Shown piece after piece: positions 9,544 to 19,198 of a DNA stretch of 19,483 nucleotides; positions within the stretch are counted from its first letter, which is position 1, and every line of letters begins with the position of its first letter. The notes below the pieces were generated by a model that was given only the letters and a program-made list of their open reading frames with translations, was not told the origin of the DNA and ran no database searches. A program made the position numbers and the translations under genes. The stretch lies in assembly GCF_006345805.1 (NCBI RefSeq), contig NW_021824246.1, forward strand, positions 1 to 19,483, given 5' to 3'. The stretch comes from Octopus sinensis (Eukaryota).

Positions 9544-10694
9544 ACCACTGGTAACTAAGAATTTTTTCGATAAATATTCTTGCTACCCTAAGATTTTAAC
9601 TAATGATATATATATATATATACATAGACATAAGGTTCCGCAGAATTAAAGTCAGGTGCGGTGAAGGATTTCGTCAATTGTTTATATGGAGCGGAGAAGT
9701 AGAACACAACCGGAGTGATTCAAAGAGGAACGGCTGGAGCATCGGGTAAGCTTGGGTGGCAGCAGAACACTGCCTGCTAGTCCAGAGGAGTCATAGCAAA
9801 TGTAGCAGTGGTTATTTACTGATGTCATATTATTGTCAGCCATTTGATGCCCCGAGTTATAAGATGGTTTTCCTACAAAGCTTTATAACAGACACATGTT
9901 GATATTACACAAAATTATGCTTTCATCTGAACAAAAATGCTAAACGAGGGATAATTCTTGCTATTCATTAAGAAAAAACAAAAATTAATGAAATTGCTGT
10001 CGGAGGAGACAGTTTCAACTTCAAAAGACGAAATAACTTGATGAGGGGAAAATATAAGTTAAAAAGTAATTTATTCCAGTGCAAAACACTCTTAACATTC
10101 CGAATACATCCTCAAAAGAATTGGGTCGACGAAACATAGATATAAAGAAAATTTTCCTTTTTTTCTCCTTGTTTTGTTTTGCTTTCTTTTTTTTTTTTTG
10201 TTAACGATAGCTTCAGTTGCACGATTATTGCGTTCTTATAACCGTAATGGTGTGGTTTCTGCTGATGAGAAACAACAAAGCCAAGTTGCAAACGACAGCT
10301 GATAAAGAGAACAGTTTGGCATTACTAAATTAAGATTATCTGAGAACATGTTTTGCTCGTCGACCAACCTTTGACGAAGAGGATCGCATGACAGATAATT
10401 GCCACCAGTGAAGATGAGTAAAGGTGGTATAGTGGCCAAATGGTTTGCAAGCATAGATCTATAATAATCATGCGCATGTGAGCCGGAGAATACAACAGTT
10501 ACAGAACAGGGTAGCTGTCTCTGTGGGCAGCTGTCGCTATTCTGGAGTGTGTCATGTAAGATATCTTTCTATTATTTTACTAAATAAATGTTTCTCTATC
10601 CCCGAATTAAACTTAGTAACTTTAATAATTTACCTTCATCGCCTATAAGACAAAATTAAGGATTTAGTATTGTCTTCTCCTCCTCATTATTATT

Positions 10695-11142
10695 AATTTC
10701 GTTTGGCTCAGGTTTGGTCTTATTCCCGATAGGATTTATGTGGCTAGCGGGTTACTACCTGTAACCTTAGGCATCTACAAGTTTCAGCAGTCTTTCAAGT
10801 GCTTAGAACTTCCTGATAATCCTTGCTGTCCTTAAGGGACAAACTTTCAGTACAATATCTACCGGGCAATCTATTTCAGTCTCCTTCAGCCATTTGTCTA
10901 TATCAGTGGTTTTCAACCAGGGTTCCGCGGAACCCTAGGGTTCCGCCAGTACAGTCCAGGGGTTCCGCAAGAAGTTACAAAACTGCTAAAATTGGCAGTA
11001 ATTTTTAATTCTCCTGTGCAGATATGTGTGCATAAGACTATTAAATTATTGCACAGGGGTTCCTCGAACCAGTGGAATGTTTCCTTGGGGTTCCGCTCCA
11101 GCAAAAAGGTTGAAAAGCACTGGTCTATATCATTGCTTACTG
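10695..11142 (-). mobile_element. R4/Dong-type RLE non-LTR retrotransposon, short 3' fragment interrupted by a hAT MITE
   Basis: With the MITE and one TSD removed, the minus strand reads TVSNDIDKWLKETEIDCPVDIVLKVCPLRTARIIRKF*, matching the GTARILRKVL-type C-terminus. A 3'UTR follows. Flanked by TTATTATT at 10687-10694 and 11143-11150. Confidence 0.75.
10904..11122. mobile_element. hAT (Charlie/Buster-like) MITE, 219 bp
   Basis: TIRs CAGTGGTTTTCAACC / GGTTGAAAAGCACTG (14/15 complementary). Perfect 8-bp TSD GTCTATAT at 10896-10903 and 11123-11130. Repeated GGGTTCC subterminal motifs and an 18-bp palindrome at 10919-10936. Confidence 0.93.
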
Positions 11143-11150
11143 TTATTATT

Positions 11151-11778
11151 GAGGAGCAGCCGTTGTCGCGTGTAAGACGAATTCAACTGCCCGCCGAGTG
11201 TATTGAGATGATCGATGCACCACCTTCCCTTAACAGAGAAGGAAGACAGGTCTTTCTTTGTTTTTGTTTTTTTTTGGCAATAGCAAAAGAGGCTGTGTGG
11301 TTGACCCGTCTGAAAGGTTTGAAAACAGGCACATTCCTATCTGGTCAAGTCCTCATCAATTTCTTCAAATATCATTTGAAGAGGAAGGTGAGGGTAGAGA
11401 GGGAAGTACTGCCTTGTAGTCGATATTGGCAAGACTGGTGAAACTGAATGGATTCACTTTGAATATGATTTTCTAAGCAGGAGGAAAACAACTGGAAGAG
11501 AGCACTTTCCCGTGCCTTGGAGCTGGCGGAGTAATCCGGGATTTTTGTGTGGGATTTACTCCGGTTTACCCTAAGTTGGCTGCCCTGCTATTGGGGATTC
11601 TATTTATTTATTTACTTTCTATGATATACCCTCTGTTATATCCTTTAATGTGGCAGTATCTCCCATTGATTGATGTTAACTCAACTTGTTTTTGTAGTTT
11701 TTGTAATTTCGGTGGGCTGTAACCCCTCCTTCGATATTGTTCTCCATGTCTTGAGCCCTTGTGGCCAATAAAAGAAAC
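11151..11778 (+). mobile_element. L1/Tx1-type LINE, 5'-truncated: ORF2 C-terminus plus 3'UTR, followed by (CAT)n
   Basis: Frame reads EEQPLSRVRRIQL...FLAIAKEAVWLTRLKGLKTGTFLSGQVLINFFKYHLKRKVRVEREV, with the AK-x2-(V/I)W-x2-R motif typical of L1/Tx1 ORF2 C-termini. Ends CCAATAAAAGAAA. Confidence 0.65.
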
Positions 11779-11805
11779 CATCATCATCATCATCATCATC
11801 ATCAT

Positions 11806-11856
<51 letters not shown>

Positions 11857-11878
11857 TATTATTATTATTATTATTATT
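11779..11878. repeat. (CAT)n-(AAT)n-(ATT)n microsatellite with an internal perfect palindrome
   Basis: Directly visible, with the AAT-to-ATT switch at 11855/11856. Confidence 0.95.
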
Positions 11879-12031
11879 TATGGTTTCCTTTCATTATAAC
11901 TTTATTTCAGCTGCCTTAGTACCGGGCATCCTCCAGAGGCCAAGAGAAGCAAAGGCACTTTTGTTTTGCTATGCATGCTAAAATTATCACTACATTTATT
12001 CCATTTTAGCTGGAGAGTGCTTTTCGTAGTA

Positions 12032-13306
12032 TCAGGTCATCCCATAAGTTCTGTCCGAATTTTGAATAAAGAAAACAAGTGATCAAATGTTATATCTAAT
12101 TGAAATTTAATCATCAATGTACTTTCTCTGATTATCTATGACTTCCTTCCATCTATTTACAAGCTTTTTAATCCCATCAATGTAAAGTTTTTTTTGGTTT
12201 CAAAGCGAAGAACTCTGAAATGTCAGTTTCGACCTCCTCTTGGCTTGCGAAAGCTATGTTCCCCCCAATGATTCTGTAAACTATGAAACAAATGGTAGTA
12301 TGAAGGAGCAAGGTCGAGAGAATAAGGTGGATGAGGAATTTTTCCCAGCCAAGCTCTTCGATCTTCTGTGATGTGATCTTTGCAGTGTGGGGTTGCGCAT
12401 TGTCCTAATGAAGCATCACTCCTTTTCGATTCACTAAAGCGGGTCTTTTTTCTTCAAACGCTCTAATTGCTGACAATAGACTTGAACATTGATTGTTGCA
12501 TTAGGTGGTAACAATTCAAAGTGAATTACTCTTTTGCAATCCACCAGATAGAGAGAAGAACCTTTTTCCCATGAAGTTCCCTTCTCGGTTTTGGTTGAGC
12601 TTTTCCCCTTTTACCAAGCTACTGTTTACGACGTTTAACATTTCGATAGAAGATCCATTTTTCGTCACCAGTCACAAGTCTATCTAAAAAGGGTGAAGTG
12701 AGTTCGCGAGAATGGAGAGAAGAGAAGATGTCAACACGGGACTTGCGGTTGCTTTCGGACAATTCATGAGGCACCCATTTTCCAAGTTTAGGAACCTTTC
12801 CAAGTTGTTGAAGATGACGATGAACAGCTGTATGGTATGAACTAAGCTTTTATTGCCAATTCTTCAACGGATAACGCAGGATCTTCTTCAAGTAATGCTT
12901 CAAGAAGCTTATCATCAAACTCAACTGGACGTCCTGTTCGATCTTCATCTTCAAGGCTGAAATCTCCACTTCTGAACTTTGCAAACCATCTTCTGCAAGT
13001 TCTTTCATTCAAGATTTCTTTCCCATAAACTGCGTGTATGTTTCGAGTCGCTTCGGCTGCAGATTTTCTTTTTTTGTACTCAGAAAGCATTATGTTCCTT
13101 AAATGCTCTTTGGATACTTCCATGTTAGAAAGGGGTTTAATTAAAGAAATTTTAATTCTATTACTCTGTAAAATAATATTTAATTAGTTTAAATGCACAC
13201 AAATGCATAAAAATAATTTTTAATTCCATTAGACATTCTAAAATACTATTAAATTTCATTCAATTTTAAAAAGGTAAAATCGGACAGAACTTATGGGATG
13301 ACCTGA
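12032..13306 (-). mobile_element. Full-length mariner (DD34D) transposon, 1275 bp
   Basis: Perfect 27-bp TIRs TCAGGTCATCCCATAAGTTCTGTCCGA at 12032-12058 and 13280-13306. TA TSD at 12030-12031 and 13307-13308. Confidence 0.96.
12107..13123 (-). pseudogene. Mariner transposase pseudogene
   Basis: HTH N-terminus MEVSKEHLRNIML..WFAKFRSGDFSLED, WVPHEL at 12760-12777, VTGDEKW, DNA and YSLDLAP at 12304-12324. Frameshift near 12845, in-frame stop at 12619-12621, and further lesions. Confidence 0.93.
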
Positions 13307-14124
13307 TATATGGGCTGTTCCCATCAAGGTTATCTTTTGTAGTTCACGGAAATTGGAGTTACTAGGGAGTTGCTCAATACATTTCTCAGCTCCCTTCTCA
13401 GCTCCTATCATTCCCAACGCACCAATTACTAATGGTATTATAGTAGTACTAAGCTTCCACGTTTTTGTGGTTTCAATTTGCAGATCTTTATAGTGAGAAA
13501 GCTTTTCGGATTCCTTTCTTGAGAATTTTTATCTTGTGGGACAGACACATCTATTAACAGACAAGTTTCTCTGTTGTAGTCCTTCATCACAATGTCTGGT
13601 CAATTGGAGTCAAATTTTCTATCTGTTTGTATTGGCAAGTTCCAAAGGATGGTGACGTCCTCGCCATTTACTACATCCTCTGGATGGTGCCTGTACAACT
13701 TATGGGATATAATTTTGCAGTATTTACAAGCATTCCAGTGGATGTACTTCATCTGTCATGTCTTATGAGGTACTCCTTTCAGTGAGGACTGGGAAGCCAG
13801 GAACAATATGATCAATTGTCTCTGTGAAGGGGTCAGAGCCATCTTTAAGGACGTTTGCATTGTAGTTTCTGGTAGGTAAGCTCTGATCCTGCGCTGCAAT
13901 AACAAAACCTTCTGTTTCTCCTTAAGACCTGTCTCTTGTAGCCATTGGCGTGTTAGATTTTGATCAATATCTGGCTTGGACAGGCAGTTAGTGTATTTTC
14001 CATGTAAGAGTTTACCTTTCCAGTTGTCTTCGATATTATTCATGCAAGCCTTCTTTGCTTTTTGTTTGATGCTATTTGTATCAATGATAGGTTTGTCACT
14101 ATTTGGATCTCTTTGATCTTTCTG

Positions 14125-14187
<63 letters not shown>
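14125..14187. repeat. (ATT)n microsatellite
   Basis: Directly visible. Similar tracts lie at 14578-14628, 15181-15237, 15953-16010 and 16669-16721. Confidence 0.97.
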
Positions 14188-14193
14188 GTTTTT

Positions 14194-14412
14194 AAGGAGG
14201 CGTGCTGGCAGAATCGTTAGCGCGCCGGTCGAAATGCTTAGCGATATTTCGCCCGTCGCAACATTCTGAGATCAAGTTCCATCGAGGTCGACTTTGCCTC
14301 TTATCCTTTCGGGGTGTATTAAATAAGTACCAGTTACGCACTGGGGTCGATGTAATCGACTGGTCCCCTCACCCCAAATTTCCGACTTTGTGCCTATAGT
14401 AGAAAGGATTAT
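14194..14412 (+). mobile_element. SINE family A monomer, tail 2
   Basis: Head AAGGAGGCGTGCTGGCAGAATCG, family body, and tail GGTCCCCTCACCCCAAATTTCC..TTGTGCCTATAGTAGAAAGGATT. Confidence 0.9.
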
Positions 14413-14422
14413 TAGGATTTAT

Positions 14423-14577
14423 TAAGGCGCCGAGCTGGCAAAATCGTTAGCATGCCGGACGAAATGCTTAGCGGTATTTCGCCCGTCGCTCCGTTCCGAA
14501 TTCAAATTCCACTGAAGTCGACTTTACCTTTCATCCTTTCGGGGTCGATTGCTGCCTTTGTGGCAAAATTTGAAACC
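14423..14577 (+). mobile_element. SINE family A, internally deleted, tail 3
   Basis: Head and B box are intact. The body jumps from GGGGTCGATT to GCTGCCTTTGTGGCAAAATTTGAAACC. Confidence 0.88.
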
Positions 14578-14628
14578 ATTATCATCATCATCATCATCAT
14601 CATTATTATTATTATTATTATTATTATT

Positions 14629-15178
14629 GAGTGAGAGAGCAGTTCATGCCATCAAAGTGACACTGGGGTAAAATATACGAAGCCCAATATACCCATCATG
14701 ACTACCCGTCTGATAAGGGTACACCAGGCACATGCATCAGAACCATATGTGCGCGACATGGTGATCTCATATCAAGATAAACAGCACATGACCTTGCAGG
14801 TGGGGCCCAGTTAGAATTTTTTCAGGTTGAGTAGCCCATCCTGCTCAAAGGTCCCTGAATAAGGGTTGTTTAAGGATGTTGAAAGAACCACCCATGTTTC
14901 CAGGGTGAATTATTCAAACCCCAAAGAATCCCTCTCAAAACATGGCTATGATGCTCCCCCACTACTTCTGCTCGTGATCAGAGATGCACATATCGTCAGC
15001 CACTAAGGGACATGCTCAACTGGTTAAGGTAAAACAACTGACAAGCAAATCTGTGGTATTGAGCAGAATATTTGCTGTAGCCCATCTTTATACCAAGACA
15101 AAACAATGTACATGATAACACTTCCAATCAGTTAAGATCAGAAGCCATGAGAGCCAATGCCTGGTACTGTATCAGGGC

Positions 15179-15180
<2 letters not shown>
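14629..15180. mobile_element. 552-bp non-coding element precisely bounded by (ATT)n tracts, class unknown
   Basis: Complex sequence with sharp boundaries into ATT arrays at both ends. No ORF of 60 aa or more, no TIRs, no recognisable Pol III head. Confidence 0.45.
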
Positions 15181-15237
<57 letters not shown>

Positions 15238-15239
<2 letters not shown>

Positions 15240-15952
15240 AAATAAAATGTGGTCCGTTCTCTTCTGCTGAACTGGGGTCATCCCTTGACCCTAGGGTCAC
15301 AGCAGGTCCTCATCTCATGGAGAGTACACGGCGTAAAATGAGTGCGGAACCTAGCAACACTATTTTCTGAAGTTCTCCCTCGTTATCACTGCAAGGGAAT
15401 TTGTTAAGCTGCTTATCAAGGCCCTTTTTAATTAGCCCTAACGCTCCAATCACCACTGGTACTGTGCTGCTTTTCATTCCTCACATCTTGGCCACTTCTA
15501 TTTCTAGGTCTTTGTACTTAAATAACTTTTCAACTTATTTATTGGACATATTTCTCTCTGATGGTACTGTCACATCTATCATCAAGCATTTCTTATTCTT
15601 CCCATCTTTGATGATTATGTCCGGCCTGTTTGCCTTGATTTCTTTATCGGTGTTGATTGGCATGTCCCAGAGTACTGTTACATCACCTTTTCCGGTTACA
15701 GTTTCAGGTTTATGCTGGTACCATCTTTCTGAAGTTGGAAGCTGGTAGTGTTTACATATCTTCCAATTGATATATTGCGCTACTCTACTGTGTCTATGAA
15801 TATATTCGGTTTTTGCAAGCACTGTGCATCCAGTTAAGATGTGGTCCACTGTTTCAAACTGCTCGTGACACATTCTGCATTTCGGGTCAGTGCCATCGTT
15901 CATTATTTTGTTGTAGTAAGCTCTGGTTGCCAAGCTTTGACTTTGTGCTGCT
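15238..15952 (-). mobile_element. R4/Dong-type RLE LINE 3' fragment (CCHC finger plus RLE domain)
   Basis: ORF 15535-15933 gives PKCRMCHEQFETVDHILTGC (CCHC) and RPDII..IDVTVP (PD..D). After a frameshift: KYKDLEIE..VIGALG..LQKIVLLGSALILRRVLSMR* (stop at 15310-15312). Confidence 0.92.
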
Positions 15953-15965
15953 ATTATTATTATTA

Positions 15966-16010
<45 letters not shown>

Positions 16011-16011
<1 letters not shown>

Positions 16012-16668
16012 GCCTTTGCACAGCTTCTAACACTGGACATGTACTACAGTGTCAGCTGTTCATTACCAGTGAACTAAGGTAACACCTCTTATTTTCGAGC
16101 ACCTTCCGGAGTGTTCGAGCGGTTCCAAGCATTGCTGTTCCCAGGGCTCCAACAATTATTGGTACTACTGCTATCCTTTTCATCGACCATAACTGCTTAA
16201 CTTCCCAAGCTAACCTGTCATATCTCTCGACTTTTCTTTCTTCCTTATTGCATACCTAGTTGTCAGCTGGGCATGCTATATCTATGATCCAGCATAATTT
16301 GCTTTCTTTCTCAATTAAGACTATGCCTGGCTTCCTATTCTCTATATCATGGTCGCACTGAATCATAAAACCCATAGTATCTTTACATTTCTATTTTCAA
16401 CGATGCTTTCAGGTTTGTGGTCGAACCAATCTTTTGCTCTGTCAAGTCCATACTTGTTGCAAAGTGCCCAATGGACAAGCCCTGCAATACTGTCGTGGCA
16501 TCTCTTATATTCCTTCTGGGCTAATGGCGTACATTGGCTGGTAATATGCCATACAGTTTCACCATTTTGTCCACAGATTCTGCACTTATCACTTTCTGAT
16601 GTGTTGTCTATTCTGTATTTTATGTAGTTTGTTCTTAGTGCTTGTTCTTGGGCCTCCGTTTCGGGTTT
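16011..16668 (-). mobile_element. R4/Dong-type RLE LINE 3' fragment, different subfamily
   Basis: KPETEAQEQALRTNY..KCRICGQNGETVWHITSQC..IIDIACP..VVPIIVGALGT-AMLGTARTLRKVLE. An in-frame deletion of about 20-25 codons follows GALGT relative to the other copies here. Confidence 0.9.
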
Positions 16669-16671
16669 ATT

Positions 16672-16706
<35 letters not shown>

Positions 16707-16721
16707 TATTATTATTATTAT

Positions 16722-17175
16722 ATGTTTGACTTTTGCTTTGCATTTGTACAAGTTGGCTCCAAGTCTCACCCAGAGACCTCAAGAGACAAGTTAGAAGTTC
16801 ATGTTGTTGTTATGCTTAGGGTGCTATATATTTGGTTTTGTACATAGTGTTGTTCTAGAGAATGTTTAAGAAACCATAAGAAAATTATGTGTTTGTTTTA
16901 AAATTTGAGATTAGATACACAGTATTTTACGTAGGATATGGGTAGTTCCCATGAGCACTATCTTTTGAATTTCTGTCATTTTGGGGGTTCCTGCTATCTG
17001 AGCTAGGTAGCAATCAGCCCCTTTTGCTATCAATCCTAGAGCCCCTATGACAATAGATATTGTTTTAGTTTTCAGGTTCCACATTTTGTTAATTTCTATT
17101 TCAAGTCCTATATACTTGCTCAATTTTTGGTAGGTCTTGACAGATAGGTTTATATCGATTGGGACAGTCATATCT
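16722..17175 (-). mobile_element. R4/Dong-type RLE LINE 3' fragment with 3'UTR
   Basis: DMTVPIDINLSVKTYQKLSKYIGLEIEINKMWNLKTKTISIVIGALG..IQKIVLMGTTHILRKILCI*. The 3'UTR ends in (TAA)n. Confidence 0.9.
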
Positions 17176-17335
17176 CCTTCGTAACACAATATAGGTAAAA
17201 TTGCACTGGAGTCTTTCGTCATCTGTCAAGTCACAACAAGGACCTCAGACAAATAATACTTTCCTTAAGATGTGTACTGTGCCCATAAAGCTGCTTTTTA
17301 ACGCAACTTTCTTCTAATTTCCACTTGTAAAACGA
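17176..17335 (-). mobile_element. Very short, decayed sixth R4/Dong-type 3' fragment
   Basis: Minus strand ATGGGCACAGTACACATCTTAAGGAAAGTATTATTTGTCTGA reads MGTVHILRKVLFV*, followed by GGTCCTTGTTGTGACTTGAC, a 3'UTR start resembling that of the neighbouring copy. Confidence 0.65.
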
Positions 17336-17584
17336 AGTAACTAAGAAAGACCGGATCTCAATTCCCAGATGGGGACGAGGGTAAATACTTTTATAGCTTT
17401 ATTTACACACGTTACTTTTTCATATCCAAAATGGCTACTCAATATACTTATGTTATGAGACTCAACACTGCAACAGTAAAATGGTTTCCATGTTCAAGTG
17501 TACAGGACGGTTTTAAATATAAATGTACACACCTTCATTTTGTCCATTGCTGGTGTACAGGTACGTGTTAAACATAAAGGTACA

Positions 17585-17747
17585 TACTGTTATTTTGACT
17601 GCCAATGCTGGGGCACCGCCTTGAATTTACAGTCGAATGAATCGACCCTAGTCCCTTTTTTTTTCGAAAGTCTGTTACTTATCTTATCGGTTTCTTTTGC
17701 CGGACTGCTATGATAGGAGACGTAAATACACACTCACACACACACAA

Positions 17748-17779
<32 letters not shown>

Positions 17780-17944
17780 CACACACACAATACGAGTTTT
17801 CCGTCTACCAAATTCGCTCACAAGGCTTTTCTGGGCTTGAGGCTATAGTAGAAGACACTTGCCCACGGTGCCACGCAGTGGGACTGAACCCAAAACCATG
17901 TGGTTGAGAAGCAAACTTCTTACCACACAGCCACGCCTGCGCCT
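17585..17944 (-). mobile_element. tRNA-derived CORE-like SINE, family B, with internal (TG)n
   Basis: Minus strand AGGCGCAGGCGTGGCTGTGTGGTAAG (A box), GGGTTCAGTCCC (B box), GGCACCGTGGGCAAGTGTCTTC (CORE-like), then microsatellite and a 3' module ending GGCGGTGCCCCAGCA. Confidence 0.8.
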
Positions 17945-18080
17945 CATAAATTTTTCTTCCCCCAAATTTTCCTCTATTATTTTTTTGCTCCCAAAATGAA
18001 ATGTCATGGCAAAAACTTTATTTTATGCAGTTTCACAATGTTTTTAATCGTTGCTTATAGTCAACTTGCAATTTTCTATT

Positions 18081-18295
18081 CTCTTTACTCTTTACTCTTT
18101 TACTTGTTTCAGTCATTTGACTGCGACCATACTGGAGCACCGCCTTTAGTCGAGCAAGCCCGACCCCGGACTATTCTTTATAAGCCCAGGACTTATTCTA
18201 TCGGTCTCTTTTGCCGAACCGCTAAGTGACGCGGAACGTAAACACACCAGCATCGGCTATCAAGCAATGCTAGGGGGACAAACACAGACACACAA

Positions 18296-18330
<35 letters not shown>

Positions 18331-18529
18331 ATATATCTATATATATATATATATACATATATATACGACAGGCTTCTTTCAGTTTCCGTCTACCAAATCC
18401 ACTCACAAGGCATTGATCGGCCCGGGGCTATAGCCGAAGACACTTGCCCAAGATGCCACGCAGTGGGACTGAACCCGGAACCATGTGTTTGGTTAGCAAG
18501 CTACTTACGACACAGCCACTCCTGCGCCT
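18081..18529 (-). mobile_element. CORE-like SINE family B, full length, internal (TA)n/(TG)n, tandem TAAAGAG tail
   Basis: Same head and CORE-like body as 17791-17944. 3' module GGCGGTGCTCCAGTATGG..ATGACTGAAACAAG followed by (TAAAGAG)3. Confidence 0.88.
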
Positions 18530-18776
18530 ATTCAGTATGATTCGCTGTGATTCAGTATGATTCTTTTCCTTCACTTGCATTTGCATTTGAAGGCTGGTTT
18601 TCACTTTTGCTGCGGGGAAAAAAAAATAAGAACAAAAGAAAATTGTGTAAACAAATTGTTGTATGTGGGAGTGTGTACGCTTGGGAGTCATTCTTTCACA
18701 CAGGTTAAGATACAAGCATTATAATGTAGAGCAGTCCCACTGAGGATATTGTCTTTAAGAAACAAGAGCACGATGG

Positions 18777-18946
18777 CGCATCAGTACATACATACATACA
18801 TACATACATACGTACATACATACATACATACATAAATTCACTCTTGCACACACACACACATGTACATACGAATATACAAACATAAATGTACATACAATGT
18901 TCACACGTGTATGTTTTTGCTCTCTCTTTCTTTCTCGAGTACACAG

Positions 18947-18983
<37 letters not shown>

Positions 18984-19007
18984 ACACACACTATATATAT
19001 ATACATA
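18777..19007. repeat. (TACA)n, (CA)n and (TA)n microsatellites
   Basis: Directly visible. Confidence 0.9.
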
Positions 19008-19175
19008 TATACGACAGGCTTCTTTCAGTTTCCGTCTACCAAATCCACTCACAAGGCTTTGGTCGGCCCGAGGCTATAGTAGAAGGCACTTGCCCAAGGT
19101 GCCACGCAGTGGGACTGAACCCGGAAACATGTGGTTGGTAAGCAAGCTACTTACCACACAGCCACTCCTACGCCT
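19008..19175 (-). mobile_element. CORE-like SINE family B, head and body only
   Basis: Close match to 18362-18529. The 3' module is absent beyond the microsatellite. Confidence 0.88.
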
Positions 19176-19198
19176 ATATATATATATATATATATATA

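Larger units (their letters stand above)
9090..9608 (+). mobile_element. Hammerhead-bearing, terminally redundant non-coding element (Penelope-like pLTR or retrozyme candidate) inserted in (TA)n
   Basis: 26-bp direct repeats at 9090-9115 and 9583-9608 (24/26 identical, period 493 bp), with (TA)n on both outer sides. Internal hammerhead motif, hairpins and intron signals. No ORF of 60 aa or more in the track. Confidence 0.65.
11879..14124 (-). mobile_element. R4/Dong-type RLE LINE, 5'-truncated and decayed, interrupted by a mariner
   Basis: Minus strand across frameshifts gives WKGKLLHGKY..QWL..GLK.ETEGFVIAAQDQSLPTRNY..ETIDHI..PDIV..LIDVSVP..YKDLQIE..PLVIGALG..LQKITLMGTAHI|LRKALSS* (stop at 12006-12008). 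(TAA)n lies on both ends. Confidence 0.9.

Noticed and set aside
9800-9870. YCQPFD resembling the pogo/Tigger QPLD motif
   Set aside because: There are stops and frameshifts on both sides, no other DDE motif, and no TIRs.
10262-10273. CTGATGA directly followed by GAAAC as a hammerhead core
   Set aside because: There is no stem II between the boxes, no NUH triplet after the candidate stem III, and no stem I.
10199-10621. Possible solo LTR (starts TGTTAAC, contains AATAAA, ends GTAACT)
   Set aside because: It lacks the terminal CA and a matching TSD, and there is no second copy, PBS or PPT.
15120-15180. HDV-like ribozyme at the end of the 552-bp element
   Set aside because: CTCTCATGG loosely recalls the P3/L3 motif, but no P1/P2 nested pseudoknot could be built by hand.
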